NCBI GenBank assembly: GCA_043750125.1
Contig: JAYVCD010000353.1
Location: forward strand, 1 to 43,100
Source: Archangiaceae bacterium
GTDB taxonomy: Bacteria; Myxococcota; Myxococcia; Myxococcales; Myxococcaceae
Direction of reading: 5' to 3'
Length of the DNA: 43,100 bases
Shown one piece after another: positions 26,265 to 35,786 of this stretch. The notes below the pieces were generated by a model, which saw only the letters and a list, made by a program, of their open reading frames with translations, had not been told where the DNA came from and did not search any database. Both the position numbers and the translations under genes were made by a program. The stretch's first letter is position 1. The number at the start of each line of letters is the position of its first letter.

Positions 26265-26477
26265 ATGCGGTTTCCACTCCTCAAGTTGCTTCGTCGTGAA
26301 AACTCGACCGCCGCCAAGCGCGAGCGTCAAGACCAGCTCGAACGGATGTTCACCACCAGCCTGCGGGCGCTCTCGACGTTGCTGAAGTCGACCGCCGACA
26401 ACCTCGAGCGAAGGCGGCTCGAACGTTCTGGATACGAGTCGCAGGACAAGTTTCTCAAGCGGCAAGACCCGAAGTGA
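26265..26477 (+). CDS. Small hypothetical helical protein (70 aa)
   Basis: ATG 26265; fills the gap and ends 7 nt before the acyltransferase start; charged helical composition. Confidence 0.55.
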   Translation: MRFPLLKLLRRENSTAAKRERQDQLERMFTTSLRALSTLLKSTADNLERRRLERSGYESQDKFLKRQDPK

Positions 26478-26484
26478 GCTGACC

Positions 26485-27807
26485 GTGCTGTTCTACCGGG
26501 CCTTCCGGGCGGTGTTTGCGCTCGCTCTCAAGCTCTTCTACCGCCTCGAGCCCGTCCGCGATCCACACGGAGGATTGACGCTCGACGGCCCGGTCATCTT
26601 CGTCGGCAACCACCCCAATGCGCTGGTCGACCCGGGGCTGGTCTTCGTTTCCACCCGTCGCCACGTGACGTTTCTGGCCAAAGAGCCGCTGTTCAAGATG
26701 CCGGTGCTGGGAACGATGTTGCGCGCGATGAAGGCGCTGCCGGTGTTTCGCAGGCAGGACAACGTCGGGGACATGACGAAGAACGACAGCACGCTGACTG
26801 CGAGCGTCGAAGCGCTGAAGCAGGGTCGCGCGATCACGATTTTTCCCGAAGGAAAAAGCCATTCCGAGCCGCAGTTGTCGGCGCTCAAGACCGGCTGTGC
26901 GCGCATCGCGCTCGAGGCGTTGCGCCAGGGAGCGCCGGTGAAGATCGTGCCGATTGGGCTCAACTACATGCAGAAGGATCTCTTTCGTTCCCACGCCCAG
27001 GTCGATGTGGGGACACTGGTGGACCCCGCCCGGTTTGTTCCCCACGAAGGCGACGACCCCCGCGAGTCGGCGAGGAAGCTCACCGAGGCGATTGCCGACG
27101 GCTTGCGTGCGGTGACGCTCAATCTTCAGAAGTGGGAAGACCTGCCGTTGCTTCAGACCGCCGAGTCGCTCTACGCGCTGAAGGTCGGAAGTCGCGCGCC
27201 CGACGGCGAACGGCTGCGCGCCTTCGCCCGCGGAATGCACCTGCTGCGCGATGAGCAGCCCGAGCGCTTCGAGACGTTGAAGAGCGAGGTGCTCGCGTTT
27301 GCAAACCGACTGTCGCTCGTCGATGTGAAGGCCGAGGAGCTGACCTACGCGTACCGGCCCGCGACTGTCGCGTGGTTCGTGCTGCGCAATGTCCTTTGGC
27401 TGTTCGGGTTGCCGCTGATCGCACTGGGAATGGCGCTGTTCGCGATCCCCTATTGGATTCCGATTTCAGTCGTGAAGCTCACCCGTCCCGAAGTCGACAC
27501 CGAGGCCACGGTGAAGGTGCTGACCCTGCTGGTGCTTGGCCCCCTGTGGTGGGCGCTGCTGACCGGACTGGCCTGGGTCACTCTCGGCCCAGCGGCGGGG
27601 CTGATGGTTGCGGTGGGGACGCTGCCGCTGGCGCTCTTTACCCGGGTGTTCCTCGAGCGCCGGGCCAGCGCGCTGCGGGACATTCGATTGTTCCTCGTGC
27701 TCGGCAGTCGCCGGCGCCTCAAGGACCGGCTGGTCGCCGAGGGTGAGGCGATCGCCGCTCACCTCGAAACCGTGGCTGAAGAACTGCGCCCGCGCGTCGC
27801 CGGCTGA
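26485..27807 (+). CDS. Lysophospholipid/glycerol-phosphate acyltransferase (PlsC family) with C-terminal TMs
   Basis: NHPNALVD (HX4D) and IFPEG motifs. Confidence 0.9.
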   Translation: MLFYRAFRAVFALALKLFYRLEPVRDPHGGLTLDGPVIFVGNHPNALVDPGLVFVSTRRHVTFLAKEPLFKMPVLGTMLRAMKALPVFRRQDNVGDMTKNDSTLTASVEALKQGRAITIFPEGKSHSEPQLSALKTGCARIALEALRQGAPVKIVPIGLNYMQKDLFRSHAQVDVGTLVDPARFVPHEGDDPRESARKLTEAIADGLRAVTLNLQKWEDLPLLQTAESLYALKVGSRAPDGERLRAFARGMHLLRDEQPERFETLKSEVLAFANRLSLVDVKAEELTYAYRPATVAWFVLRNVLWLFGLPLIALGMALFAIPYWIPISVVKLTRPEVDTEATVKVLTLLVLGPLWWALLTGLAWVTLGPAAGLMVAVGTLPLALFTRVFLERRASALRDIRLFLVLGSRRRLKDRLVAEGEAIAAHLETVAEELRPRVAG

Positions 27808-27866
27808 GCTACGGCGTGCCGCGCGGGTCCTGCCGGGGGATGCAGGGCGGGCCGGACATTTGAGTC

Positions 27867-29075
27867 CTACCCCGACTCGGGCTGAACCACAGGAACGGAA
27901 TCGGTTCGAGGGGAGATGCTCGGCGCCGGTTTGACCGTTTCGTACTTCAGTTTCAGCGCGAGGAACCGCTTCTCGAACAGGTGGTAGCTGAGCAGGGCGG
28001 CGACGATCGAAAGCGCGATTCCAAGTGTCGCCTGAACGCCCACCGCCAGCAGGTTGTTGGGGATCCACGTCTTGAACCAGTTGAGCGTGTGGTGGGTGCC
28101 CAGGTAGTAGCTCAACATCGCGTGGAAGACGTAGAGGCCGTAGCTGTACTTGCCGAGGAAAGTCATCGGGCCCGAAGTGAAGAACCGGCCGACGACCGAC
28201 TGCCGCTGTGCGGTGATCGCAAACGCGACGATCGCCGCAAAGCAAAACGTCCACGCCGTCTCGCGCAGCGGGCGCATGATGTTCCGGCCGTAGTCCGACT
28301 GGGTATTGAACAGCGCGGTCACCCCGATGAACGCCGCGCTCGGAAAGAGCAGCGTGCGCCCCGTCTTCTTCAGCCACGCCAGCCACAGCTGGGGGTCGCC
28401 CTCACCGCGAACCGAGACGGCGAGGAAACCTCCGACGCACAGGGCGTCGAATCGACAGGGGGTCAGGGTGTAGATCGCCAGCGCGTTCGCGCCTGAAAAG
28501 TACATCGCCGTGCGCAGCCCGAACGAAAAGAGCACGAACCCCAGGCAGACCTTGAGCAGCATCGGGCGCGGGCAGAGCCAGACGATCAGCGGCCAGATCA
28601 AATAGAAGTGCTCTTCGACCGCCAGTGACCAGAAGTGCCCGATGTACGGCAGGCTCCACACCCCTTCGCGCGCGATGTGAATGTTGATCGCGTACGCCCA
28701 CGCCCACCCCTGTCGCTCGACCATCGTGTCGAGCGCAGGCCCCTGGAAAAAGGGAATGTGGGGCACGACGAAAAAGAGAACGGCCAGCACTCCGTAATAA
28801 AGGGGGAAGATTCGCAGCGTGCGACGCATGTAGAAATTCTTGAAGAAGCGCGTCGATTGCTTCGAGTCGTAGAGAATGCCGGTGATCAAAAAGCCCGAGA
28901 GCACGAAGAAGAGGTCGACTCCGAATGAGCCGTACGTCGCCAGGTGCATCACCACTTTTTCAAAGCCATTGGTCGCCGGCATGTCGCCGATGAAATGGGT
29001 CAGCAACACCAGTCCGATCGCCAGGCCGCGGACTCCGTCGAGCGCCGGAAGGTGACCTTTGAACGGGCTCTTCAC
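27867..29075 (-). CDS. Acyltransferase family 3 (polysaccharide O-acyltransferase)
   Basis: GTG 29075 (GTGA overlap); ALDGVRG, FFVLSGFLIT, RRTLRIFP, WSLAVEEHFY, SYGLYVFH. Confidence 0.9.
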   Translation of the reverse strand: MKSPFKGHLPALDGVRGLAIGLVLLTHFIGDMPATNGFEKVVMHLATYGSFGVDLFFVLSGFLITGILYDSKQSTRFFKNFYMRRTLRIFPLYYGVLAVLFFVVPHIPFFQGPALDTMVERQGWAWAYAINIHIAREGVWSLPYIGHFWSLAVEEHFYLIWPLIVWLCPRPMLLKVCLGFVLFSFGLRTAMYFSGANALAIYTLTPCRFDALCVGGFLAVSVRGEGDPQLWLAWLKKTGRTLLFPSAAFIGVTALFNTQSDYGRNIMRPLRETAWTFCFAAIVAFAITAQRQSVVGRFFTSGPMTFLGKYSYGLYVFHAMLSYYLGTHHTLNWFKTWIPNNLLAVGVQATLGIALSIVAALLSYHLFEKRFLALKLKYETVKPAPSISPRTDSVPVVQPESG

Positions 29076-30646
29076 ACCCCGGCCGCGCCGGACGGCCACG
29101 CCCCCACCCGCACCGCCATCTTGCTCGCCACGGTGATCGCCAGCGCGCAGCCCATCGAGCCGAAGTAGTTGCGGGTGCCCATGTCGCCGAAGCACTGATT
29201 GAGGTGGGCGATCACCATCGAGATCACCGTCAGGGCCGCGACCCGATCGATGGGAGCGGTGGCGAACCTGAAACTTCGGGCCGCGAGGAAGACGGCGCAC
29301 ACCAGGGGCGCGAACATTCCGAAGAACCCGAACATCCCTCCGATGGTCCACATCCAGAGAATCGTGTTGTGGGGGTGGAATTGGTACGTCGGCATCGCGA
29401 CGCTGATGTCGGGCAGCTTCACCGGCTCGTCGAACTTGTGTCCGAAGCCGAGCGGAAGAATGGGGTTCTCGCTCCAGGTGTAGAGGACGTCGAAGTTCTC
29501 GATGTCGCGGTAGTCGGCGCCGGCCTGAGCCTGGTCGCCCTTGATGATCGACTTCACCAGCTGAGAGCCGAAGAACACCTTGCTCTCTTCCCCCGCGTTC
29601 CAACCGACGACGATGTACGCCAGGATCGCCGGTGAGAGGACCAGCAGGTTGCGCAGCAGAGTTCGCTTGGCGGAATTCCACGGCTGCATCAAGACGATGG
29701 TCAGAAAGCAGCCGCCGAGGCTCACGTAGGCGATGCGGCGGTCGTTGGCGAGCATCCCCCACGTCACCAGCGGCAACCACTTGAGCAGGTCCCGGTAGGT
29801 CTGCTTGGTCTTCTTCTCGAACATCCACGCGAACTGCATCGCCAGCAGCGGGACGAAGAGCAGCGTGTCCGAGTGAGAGGTCGTGTACTCGACCGGGAAG
29901 CCCGAGCCGCGCACGAAGTAGTAGAGGAAAAACAGTCCCACCAGGCTCTTCACGCAGGCGGCGGTGATCGCGACCCGGGCCATCTGGCGCAGGTCGGCCG
30001 CCTTGCACGGAAAGGCGTAGAGCATCAGGAACGCGAACATCGGCAGCAGCAGCAGCTGTCGCAGCTGCCACAGCGATTCGTTGAAGTCCCCCTGTCGCGG
30101 AAGCGCCATCGCCAACCCGTCGGCGTTGACCACCGCGACTTCGGTGTTGACCCCCCAGATGTCCAACGCGACGACGGTCAGAACCTGAAGCACCAGCAGC
30201 GCGCTCAGCGTTCGCACCGAGGCGCTCTTTTCGTCGATCTTCGATCGGGTCGCGCGCCGGTAGAGCGCGATCAAGATCAACATCAAGGCGGTGAAGTCGA
30301 GGCCCGGGACCCGCAGCGCGCTGATCCCGGTGATCGCCGAGAGGTTCAAGAAGAGGAACTGGCCGATCGGGTAGAACGGCGAATTCCACATGTTCGACTG
30401 GGGTGATTCGGGCAGGTAGTCCGCAATCCACATCAAGAAGAGCAGGCAGAGCACCGTGGTCTTCATCGGCAGTTTCCAGATCGCGACCATCACCACCAGC
30501 CCCAGCGGGGCGGCGAGGGCGAGCACGAACTTTCCATTGCCGGCGACCACCACGAAGGCGGCGAAGAACGCGCCGAGGATCAGCGCGAGCACGAACATGA
30601 AGCTCGACGACCCCGGCTTGCGCATCGTGGCGACGGCGGCGTTCAC
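29072..30646 (-). CDS. Wzy/O-antigen ligase-like polysaccharide polymerase
   Basis: Multi-TM with periplasmic loop PLGFGH..HPHNTIL; EPS gene context. Start GTG 30646 or ATG 30625. Confidence 0.75.
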   Translation of the reverse strand: MNAAVATMRKPGSSSFMFVLALILGAFFAAFVVVAGNGKFVLALAAPLGLVVMVAIWKLPMKTTVLCLLFLMWIADYLPESPQSNMWNSPFYPIGQFLFLNLSAITGISALRVPGLDFTALMLILIALYRRATRSKIDEKSASVRTLSALLVLQVLTVVALDIWGVNTEVAVVNADGLAMALPRQGDFNESLWQLRQLLLLPMFAFLMLYAFPCKAADLRQMARVAITAACVKSLVGLFFLYYFVRGSGFPVEYTTSHSDTLLFVPLLAMQFAWMFEKKTKQTYRDLLKWLPLVTWGMLANDRRIAYVSLGGCFLTIVLMQPWNSAKRTLLRNLLVLSPAILAYIVVGWNAGEESKVFFGSQLVKSIIKGDQAQAGADYRDIENFDVLYTWSENPILPLGFGHKFDEPVKLPDISVAMPTYQFHPHNTILWMWTIGGMFGFFGMFAPLVCAVFLAARSFRFATAPIDRVAALTVISMVIAHLNQCFGDMGTRNYFGSMGCALAITVASKMAVRVGAWPSGAAGV

Positions 30647-31863
30647 GGCTTTTCCTCGACCGCAGGCGGAACCACGACCTCGCCCTCGCGCGCGGTTCGA
30701 ACCCACTCGCCCTTCTTGTCGCTTGATCCGAAGAAGATCAGCTTCACTTTCCACACCATGTAGATCGGCGCCCAGGCCAGATCGAGCAGCCCACGCGCCC
30801 CGACCTTCGAAAGCATCCACCCGCGCAGCACGTACAAACAGAGGATCAGGCAGCACAGGGCGAACGGGTAGACGGCCACCCACGAATAGCTCTCTTCCGC
30901 GGCATCGAAGAGCGCGATCGCCAACCCCAGAAAAGCCGGAGCGACGATCCACGTCAACGGCGGCACCAGCACGTCGGCGGCCATGTCGAGCAGCAGCAGG
31001 CTTTGTTTCGCCAGCCCATCGCGCAGCAGGGGAAGCCCGTACTGCTTCATCAATTGAAGCCGGCCCCCTTCCCACCGACGGCGCTGAGACCGGCTGGCCT
31101 TCTCACTGGAAACCATCTCGCCGAGCACCTGGGCTTCGTGCGCGTACCAGACCCGATGGCCGGCCCGGGCGATTCGAATTCCGTATTCCACGTCTTCCAC
31201 CACCGAGAACGCGTCGTGCGGCACTTCGCGAATCAGCGGGTGCGAGAAGCACATTCCGTTGCCGCGCAGGCCGCAGGAAACCCCCAGCCGCTCTCGCGCG
31301 AGGCTGCGCACCCCGTGAAAGACCGCGAACGCGATCGACATCAACCGGGTGCGCCAGCTGCTCTTTTCTTCCAGCACTCCGTAGTGGGCCTGGGCGGCGA
31401 AGGCCCCGGCTTCCAGTCGGGCGGCGAAGGCCTGAAGCAGATTCTTCGAGACGAGGGTATCGGCGTCGACCACCACCACCGCGTCTGCCTGCTTGTCTTC
31501 CAGGCTGCGCAGGAAGGCGTGGTGCAGCGCGTAGCCTTTGCCCTTGTTCACGAGGTCGGTGCGCTCGAGCACGATCGCTCCGGCGTCGCGGGCCTTCTGG
31601 GCGGTGGCGTCTTTGCAATTGTCGGCCACCACCAGCACCCGGAACTTGTCTTTCGGCCAGTCGATGGCCAGCAGGTTGGTCACCGTGCGCGCGATGCCGA
31701 GCTCTTCGTTGTGCGATGGGACCACGAAGTCGAACCGCAGCCGGGCAGGCCCGTAGACCGGCGGAGGAAGCCTGGCGGACAGCAGCGTCAACAGCCCCAG
31801 GTACCCGACGGGGACGAGCAGCAGCAGCCCGGCAATCGTCAGGATTGTGTCGAGGAAGAACAC
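30643..31863 (-). CDS. Glycosyltransferase family 2
   Basis: VPSHNEE, ADNC.D, VVDADT, VEDV, QRRRW; C-terminal TMs. Confidence 0.92.
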   Translation of the reverse strand: MFFLDTILTIAGLLLLVPVGYLGLLTLLSARLPPPVYGPARLRFDFVVPSHNEELGIARTVTNLLAIDWPKDKFRVLVVADNCKDATAQKARDAGAIVLERTDLVNKGKGYALHHAFLRSLEDKQADAVVVVDADTLVSKNLLQAFAARLEAGAFAAQAHYGVLEEKSSWRTRLMSIAFAVFHGVRSLARERLGVSCGLRGNGMCFSHPLIREVPHDAFSVVEDVEYGIRIARAGHRVWYAHEAQVLGEMVSSEKASRSQRRRWEGGRLQLMKQYGLPLLRDGLAKQSLLLLDMAADVLVPPLTWIVAPAFLGLAIALFDAAEESYSWVAVYPFALCCLILCLYVLRGWMLSKVGARGLLDLAWAPIYMVWKVKLIFFGSSDKKGEWVRTAREGEVVVPPAVEEKP

Positions 31864-31875
31864 GCGCCCCTTCGG

Positions 31876-33399
31876 CTACAGCTTGACCTGCGCGAGCAGC
31901 GGAATTTTCAGACGCTTCTCCACTTGCCAGCCCTCGATCACCTTGCCTCTGCGCAGGTCGAGCAGCGTGCTGGTGAGGAAGGAAAAGAGGAACCCCGCGA
32001 GCACTCCGGCGATCACGATCAGCGGGACGTTGGGCGAGATGGGATTGCGCGGGGTCTGCGCCGGGCTGACGACGGTGTAGCGGTACTTGAATGCAGCGCG
32101 TGCGGTGTCGAGCTCGATGCGGGCGGCATCGATGCGCATCAAGATGTCCTGGTAGCGCGAGGTGGCCATCCCCAGCTGCGCCCGGGCGACGGTGATCGCC
32201 GGGTCGTCGCGAAGATCCGGAGCGACTTCACTGAGCACCCGATCGACATCGCCGCCGCCGAAGTTGCGGGCTGCGAACGAGGTGGTCCCCGGCTCGACGG
32301 CGGCGTTCACGTCCCGGCCTCCGCGCGCTTTGTACTCTTCGATCAGCGCCAGCTCGTCGCGCTTGAGCGTCTCGATTTGAGGTGATTCTTTCTGCAGCGC
32401 GTCGATGCGCTGCTCGCTGTCGACCACCACCGGGTGATTGGCCGAGTACATCACCTTTTGTTCCGCCAGCTGCGCCTGCAGCTCGGTCAGTCGCCGGGCG
32501 CGAAACTCTTCGAGGTCGGCAATCGCGCGGCGTTTGGTGCGAATCTGAAACTTCAGCTGCGACAGCTCTTGCACCGGGGTCTCTTTCGCGTTGGCCGCCG
32601 GCAGCGGCTTGGGGCGGGGGGCAGGCGTCGCCGCAGCCACCGCAGCTTTTGCGTCCTTCTTCGTCTGGCTTTTGCGTTCGTCGGCGACCTTCTGCGCGTT
32701 GGTGATCGCCTCTTCAATCGCGGTCTGCGTCTCGGACGCGTGCATCTCGAGAATCGAGATCGTCTCGGAAATCGCCGACACCTCTGAAACATGGCGGGTC
32801 TCGAGAAAGTTTTGCTGCGCGGTCTCGACCAGCTGCCGGGCCATCGGGCCATCGGGCCAGTAGATGGCGATCACCACCGTGCCGTCGCCCGCGTAGACGT
32901 TGAAGCGCTTCTCGAGCGTGCCGACCATTCCGTCCATTCGCTGGTCTTCATTCGGCTTGCCGCCCAGCGCCTGCATCACGTCGTCTTTGAACTTCAGCAC
33001 GGGGTGGCGGTGCGCGTCCCAGTGCTCGAGCAGCCGGGTCTGCTTCACCATCGCGACGAGGTTGTCTCGCGCCATCACCGTTTCCTGCGCCGCGCGGGTC
33101 GGGCCGTCCATGTCCGAGTTGTTGCTGCGGTGCGGATTTCCCAGCGACGCCATCAGGGTGTTGCGGTTGGCGAGCAGCTTCGATTGCGACTCGTATTTCT
33201 TCGGGAAGACCCAGACGAGGAAGACGGCCATTCCGAAGACAGTCAAGCCGGAAAGGATTCCAGCGAAGCGGTGGCGGCCCAGGCTTCGCCAGATGAAGCC
33301 GAACCACATTTTGAGCCCGGCGTAGTCGAACAGGTCGGCGTCAGCAGGCTCGGACGGGTATTGAGGGTCGGGGTGAAGCGGAGTGGGAACTTTCGTCAT
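31876..33399 (-). CDS. Polysaccharide co-polymerase (Wzz/Wzc-like, no fused tyrosine kinase)
   Basis: TM-PKKYES, long coiled coil with YSANHP, Pro-rich VVSPAQTP..P before second TM, ending IPLLA; ATG 33399. Confidence 0.82.
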   Translation of the reverse strand: MTKVPTPLHPDPQYPSEPADADLFDYAGLKMWFGFIWRSLGRHRFAGILSGLTVFGMAVFLVWVFPKKYESQSKLLANRNTLMASLGNPHRSNNSDMDGPTRAAQETVMARDNLVAMVKQTRLLEHWDAHRHPVLKFKDDVMQALGGKPNEDQRMDGMVGTLEKRFNVYAGDGTVVIAIYWPDGPMARQLVETAQQNFLETRHVSEVSAISETISILEMHASETQTAIEEAITNAQKVADERKSQTKKDAKAAVAAATPAPRPKPLPAANAKETPVQELSQLKFQIRTKRRAIADLEEFRARRLTELQAQLAEQKVMYSANHPVVVDSEQRIDALQKESPQIETLKRDELALIEEYKARGGRDVNAAVEPGTTSFAARNFGGGDVDRVLSEVAPDLRDDPAITVARAQLGMATSRYQDILMRIDAARIELDTARAAFKYRYTVVSPAQTPRNPISPNVPLIVIAGVLAGFLFSFLTSTLLDLRRGKVIEGWQVEKRLKIPLLAQVKL

Positions 33400-33400
33400 G

Positions 33401-33616
33401 TCAGTCGTGAACCGTTTTCGAGAGGAGTTCGACCGGGCTGCGGCCAACAATCAGAGTGAAATAGATGACCACCACCGCCAACCAATAGATGAAGTTGTAG
33501 ACGAAGAAGCCGGTCAGCGTGCGGCGAAGACCGACGCCGGGGTGTCGAGCATGCGAGAACCGGACCGGGATCCAGATCATCATGATCAAAATTGAGAGCA
33601 ACAGCAGTTTTGCCAC
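33401..33616 (-). CDS. Small two-TM membrane protein heading the EPS operon
   Basis: 71 aa with two hydrophobic segments; stop 1 nt before the co-polymerase ATG. Confidence 0.7.
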   Translation of the reverse strand: MAKLLLLSILIMMIWIPVRFSHARHPGVGLRRTLTGFFVYNFIYWLAVVVIYFTLIVGRSPVELLSKTVHD

Positions 33617-33674
33617 GCGGGCACCTTACCAAACTGTGGATTTACGAATCGATTCGCGACAGATACTCGAGGCC

Positions 33675-35786
33675 ATGGTTCGACGCCTTCGCTCCGTCTT
33701 CCGTGGGTTGTTTTGCGTGATGCTGGTTGCGTGCCGAGACCCCTCGCACGCCGCCGAGCCCAAAGCCACCGGGACCGCGGCTCCACGGGTGATCGAGGTG
33801 CTGTACAGCGGGCAGCTGCAGAACGGGTGGCTGGACTACGGCTGGTCTCCGCGGACCGTGGGAACAGGCCCGGCGCAGGTGGATCTGACGAACTACGGGG
33901 GGTGGATTCTAGGCAAGCCCGGAAAAAAGCAGGGGTTTGGTGGGCTGCGGTTCAAGGTGGGCTCGGCCGACGCTGCGGACCTCGAGATTCGCATCGAAGG
34001 GCAGGGCAGCTTTCCCAAGCTTGCGCTGGTGAGCTTCGAGCCGATTTCCGAGGCGGGGGGCTGGCGCGAATATTTCCTTCCGATGGGCATGCTCAACCCC
34101 CGGGGCAGCGACTTCGAGCAGGTCGTCTTTCAGGGGAAGCGAAAGGGGAAGTTCGAGGGGGCGCGAATCGACCAGGTGGGGCTGACCGCCCCGGTCGAAG
34201 GAGGCGCGGTCGCGGGCGGCCCCACGGTCGCCGTAAAGCTTGCGGTCGATTGCGCGGGCAAAACGCGGCCGATTTCTCCTTTCATCTACGGCATCGCCTA
34301 CGACCATCAGCGCTCGGACGACGACGCGGCGCTCGACCTGGGGGCCACGATTCGGCGCTGGGGGGGAAACCACACCAGCCGGTACAACTGGCAGCTGGGC
34401 AACGCCTGGAACACGGCCAACGATTACTTCTACATGAACGTCAATCTCACCGGGAAGAAGGACTACTCGTACGAGACGTTCTTCCAGCAGCAACAGAAGT
34501 GGGATCTGCGAACCGCGCTGACGATTCCGCTGCTGGGTTGGGTCGCCAAAGACACCGAGTCTCTCGCGTTTTCAAAGGCGGCTTTCCCGCGGCAGGAACG
34601 GTTTGCTCCCGAAAATGAGCTGGCCGGCAATGGCAACTCGCTCGATGGAAAACCGATTGATCCGCCCCCGCCGACGACCACGTCGGTGGCCGCCCCGCCG
34701 GAATTCATGGGCAAGTGGGTCGAGGCGATTCGCCTCAAGGACAAGGAAACCGGGCGCGGGCGCGCAGTGAATCTGTACTTCCTCGACAACGAGCCGGCGC
34801 TGTGGAGCCACACCCACCGCGACGTACACCCCGCTCCGCTGACCTATGACGAGCTGTGGGACCGGACGGTGAAGTACGCCCGGGCGATTCGCAAAGCCGA
34901 CCCGGACGCGGTGATTGCCGGCCCGTCGGAATGGGGGTGGACGAACTTCTTCAACTCGGCCGCCGACTCGACGACCGGCAAGACTTTCCTTCGACCCGAC
35001 CGCCGCAAGCACGACGACCTGCCGATCGTGGCGTGGTGGCTGAAGAAGGCGGCCGAGCACGAGAAGAAGACCGGCGAGCGGCTGGTCGACGTCTTTGACC
35101 TCCACTTCTATCCCCAGCAAAACGACCTGGGCCTGGGCTCGACGGGGAAGATCGACGCGGCGACCAGCGCGCTGCGAATCCGTTCGGCGCGGGGCCTGTG
35201 GGATCCCACCTACAAAGACGAGTCGTGGATCAACGACACCGTGATGCTGCTGCCGCGGATGCAGGGGTGGATTGACCAGTACTACCCGGGCCGCGGAATC
35301 AGCATCGGGGAATACAACTTCGGAGCCGACCTGCATGCCTCGGGGGGGCTGGCCCAGGCCGAAGCGCTCGGTCGGTTCGGGCAAGGGGGAGTGCAGTACG
35401 CGTTCGTCTGGTATTGGCCGCCGAAGGGCAGCGCCTCGGCCCAGGGGTTCAAGGCGTTCCGGAACTTCGACGGGAAGGGGGCCCGGTTCCTCGACACCTC
35501 GGTGCCGACGAAGATGAGCGGCGCGGTCTCGCTGTTCGCTTCGCGCGACAGCACCGGGGAAAAGATGGTCCTCATCGCGCTCAATGCGGATCCCACCCAA
35601 AGCGCGGCAAGCGAGATCAAGCTCAACGGCTGCGGGGCCGTCACCGTGCAACGGGTCTTTCAGACCACCTTCGGACAACGCGGGCTCGAGCCGGTGAAGG
35701 TCGCGAAGATCGACAACGCGGTGCTGCCTCCGTATTCGATTACCGTCTTCGAGCTCACCGCGGCGCCGCCGGGGAAAGCGAAGTGA
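33675..35786 (+). CDS. Glycoside hydrolase family 44-like lipoprotein (EpsB-like endoglycanase)
   Basis: Lipobox LVAC; ISPFIYG, RWGGN..RYNW, LDNEPALW..THRDVHP, DLHFYPQ, IGEYNFG. Confidence 0.85.
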   Translation: MVRRLRSVFRGLFCVMLVACRDPSHAAEPKATGTAAPRVIEVLYSGQLQNGWLDYGWSPRTVGTGPAQVDLTNYGGWILGKPGKKQGFGGLRFKVGSADAADLEIRIEGQGSFPKLALVSFEPISEAGGWREYFLPMGMLNPRGSDFEQVVFQGKRKGKFEGARIDQVGLTAPVEGGAVAGGPTVAVKLAVDCAGKTRPISPFIYGIAYDHQRSDDDAALDLGATIRRWGGNHTSRYNWQLGNAWNTANDYFYMNVNLTGKKDYSYETFFQQQQKWDLRTALTIPLLGWVAKDTESLAFSKAAFPRQERFAPENELAGNGNSLDGKPIDPPPPTTTSVAAPPEFMGKWVEAIRLKDKETGRGRAVNLYFLDNEPALWSHTHRDVHPAPLTYDELWDRTVKYARAIRKADPDAVIAGPSEWGWTNFFNSAADSTTGKTFLRPDRRKHDDLPIVAWWLKKAAEHEKKTGERLVDVFDLHFYPQQNDLGLGSTGKIDAATSALRIRSARGLWDPTYKDESWINDTVMLLPRMQGWIDQYYPGRGISIGEYNFGADLHASGGLAQAEALGRFGQGGVQYAFVWYWPPKGSASAQGFKAFRNFDGKGARFLDTSVPTKMSGAVSLFASRDSTGEKMVLIALNADPTQSAASEIKLNGCGAVTVQRVFQTTFGQRGLEPVKVAKIDNAVLPPYSITVFELTAAPPGKAK

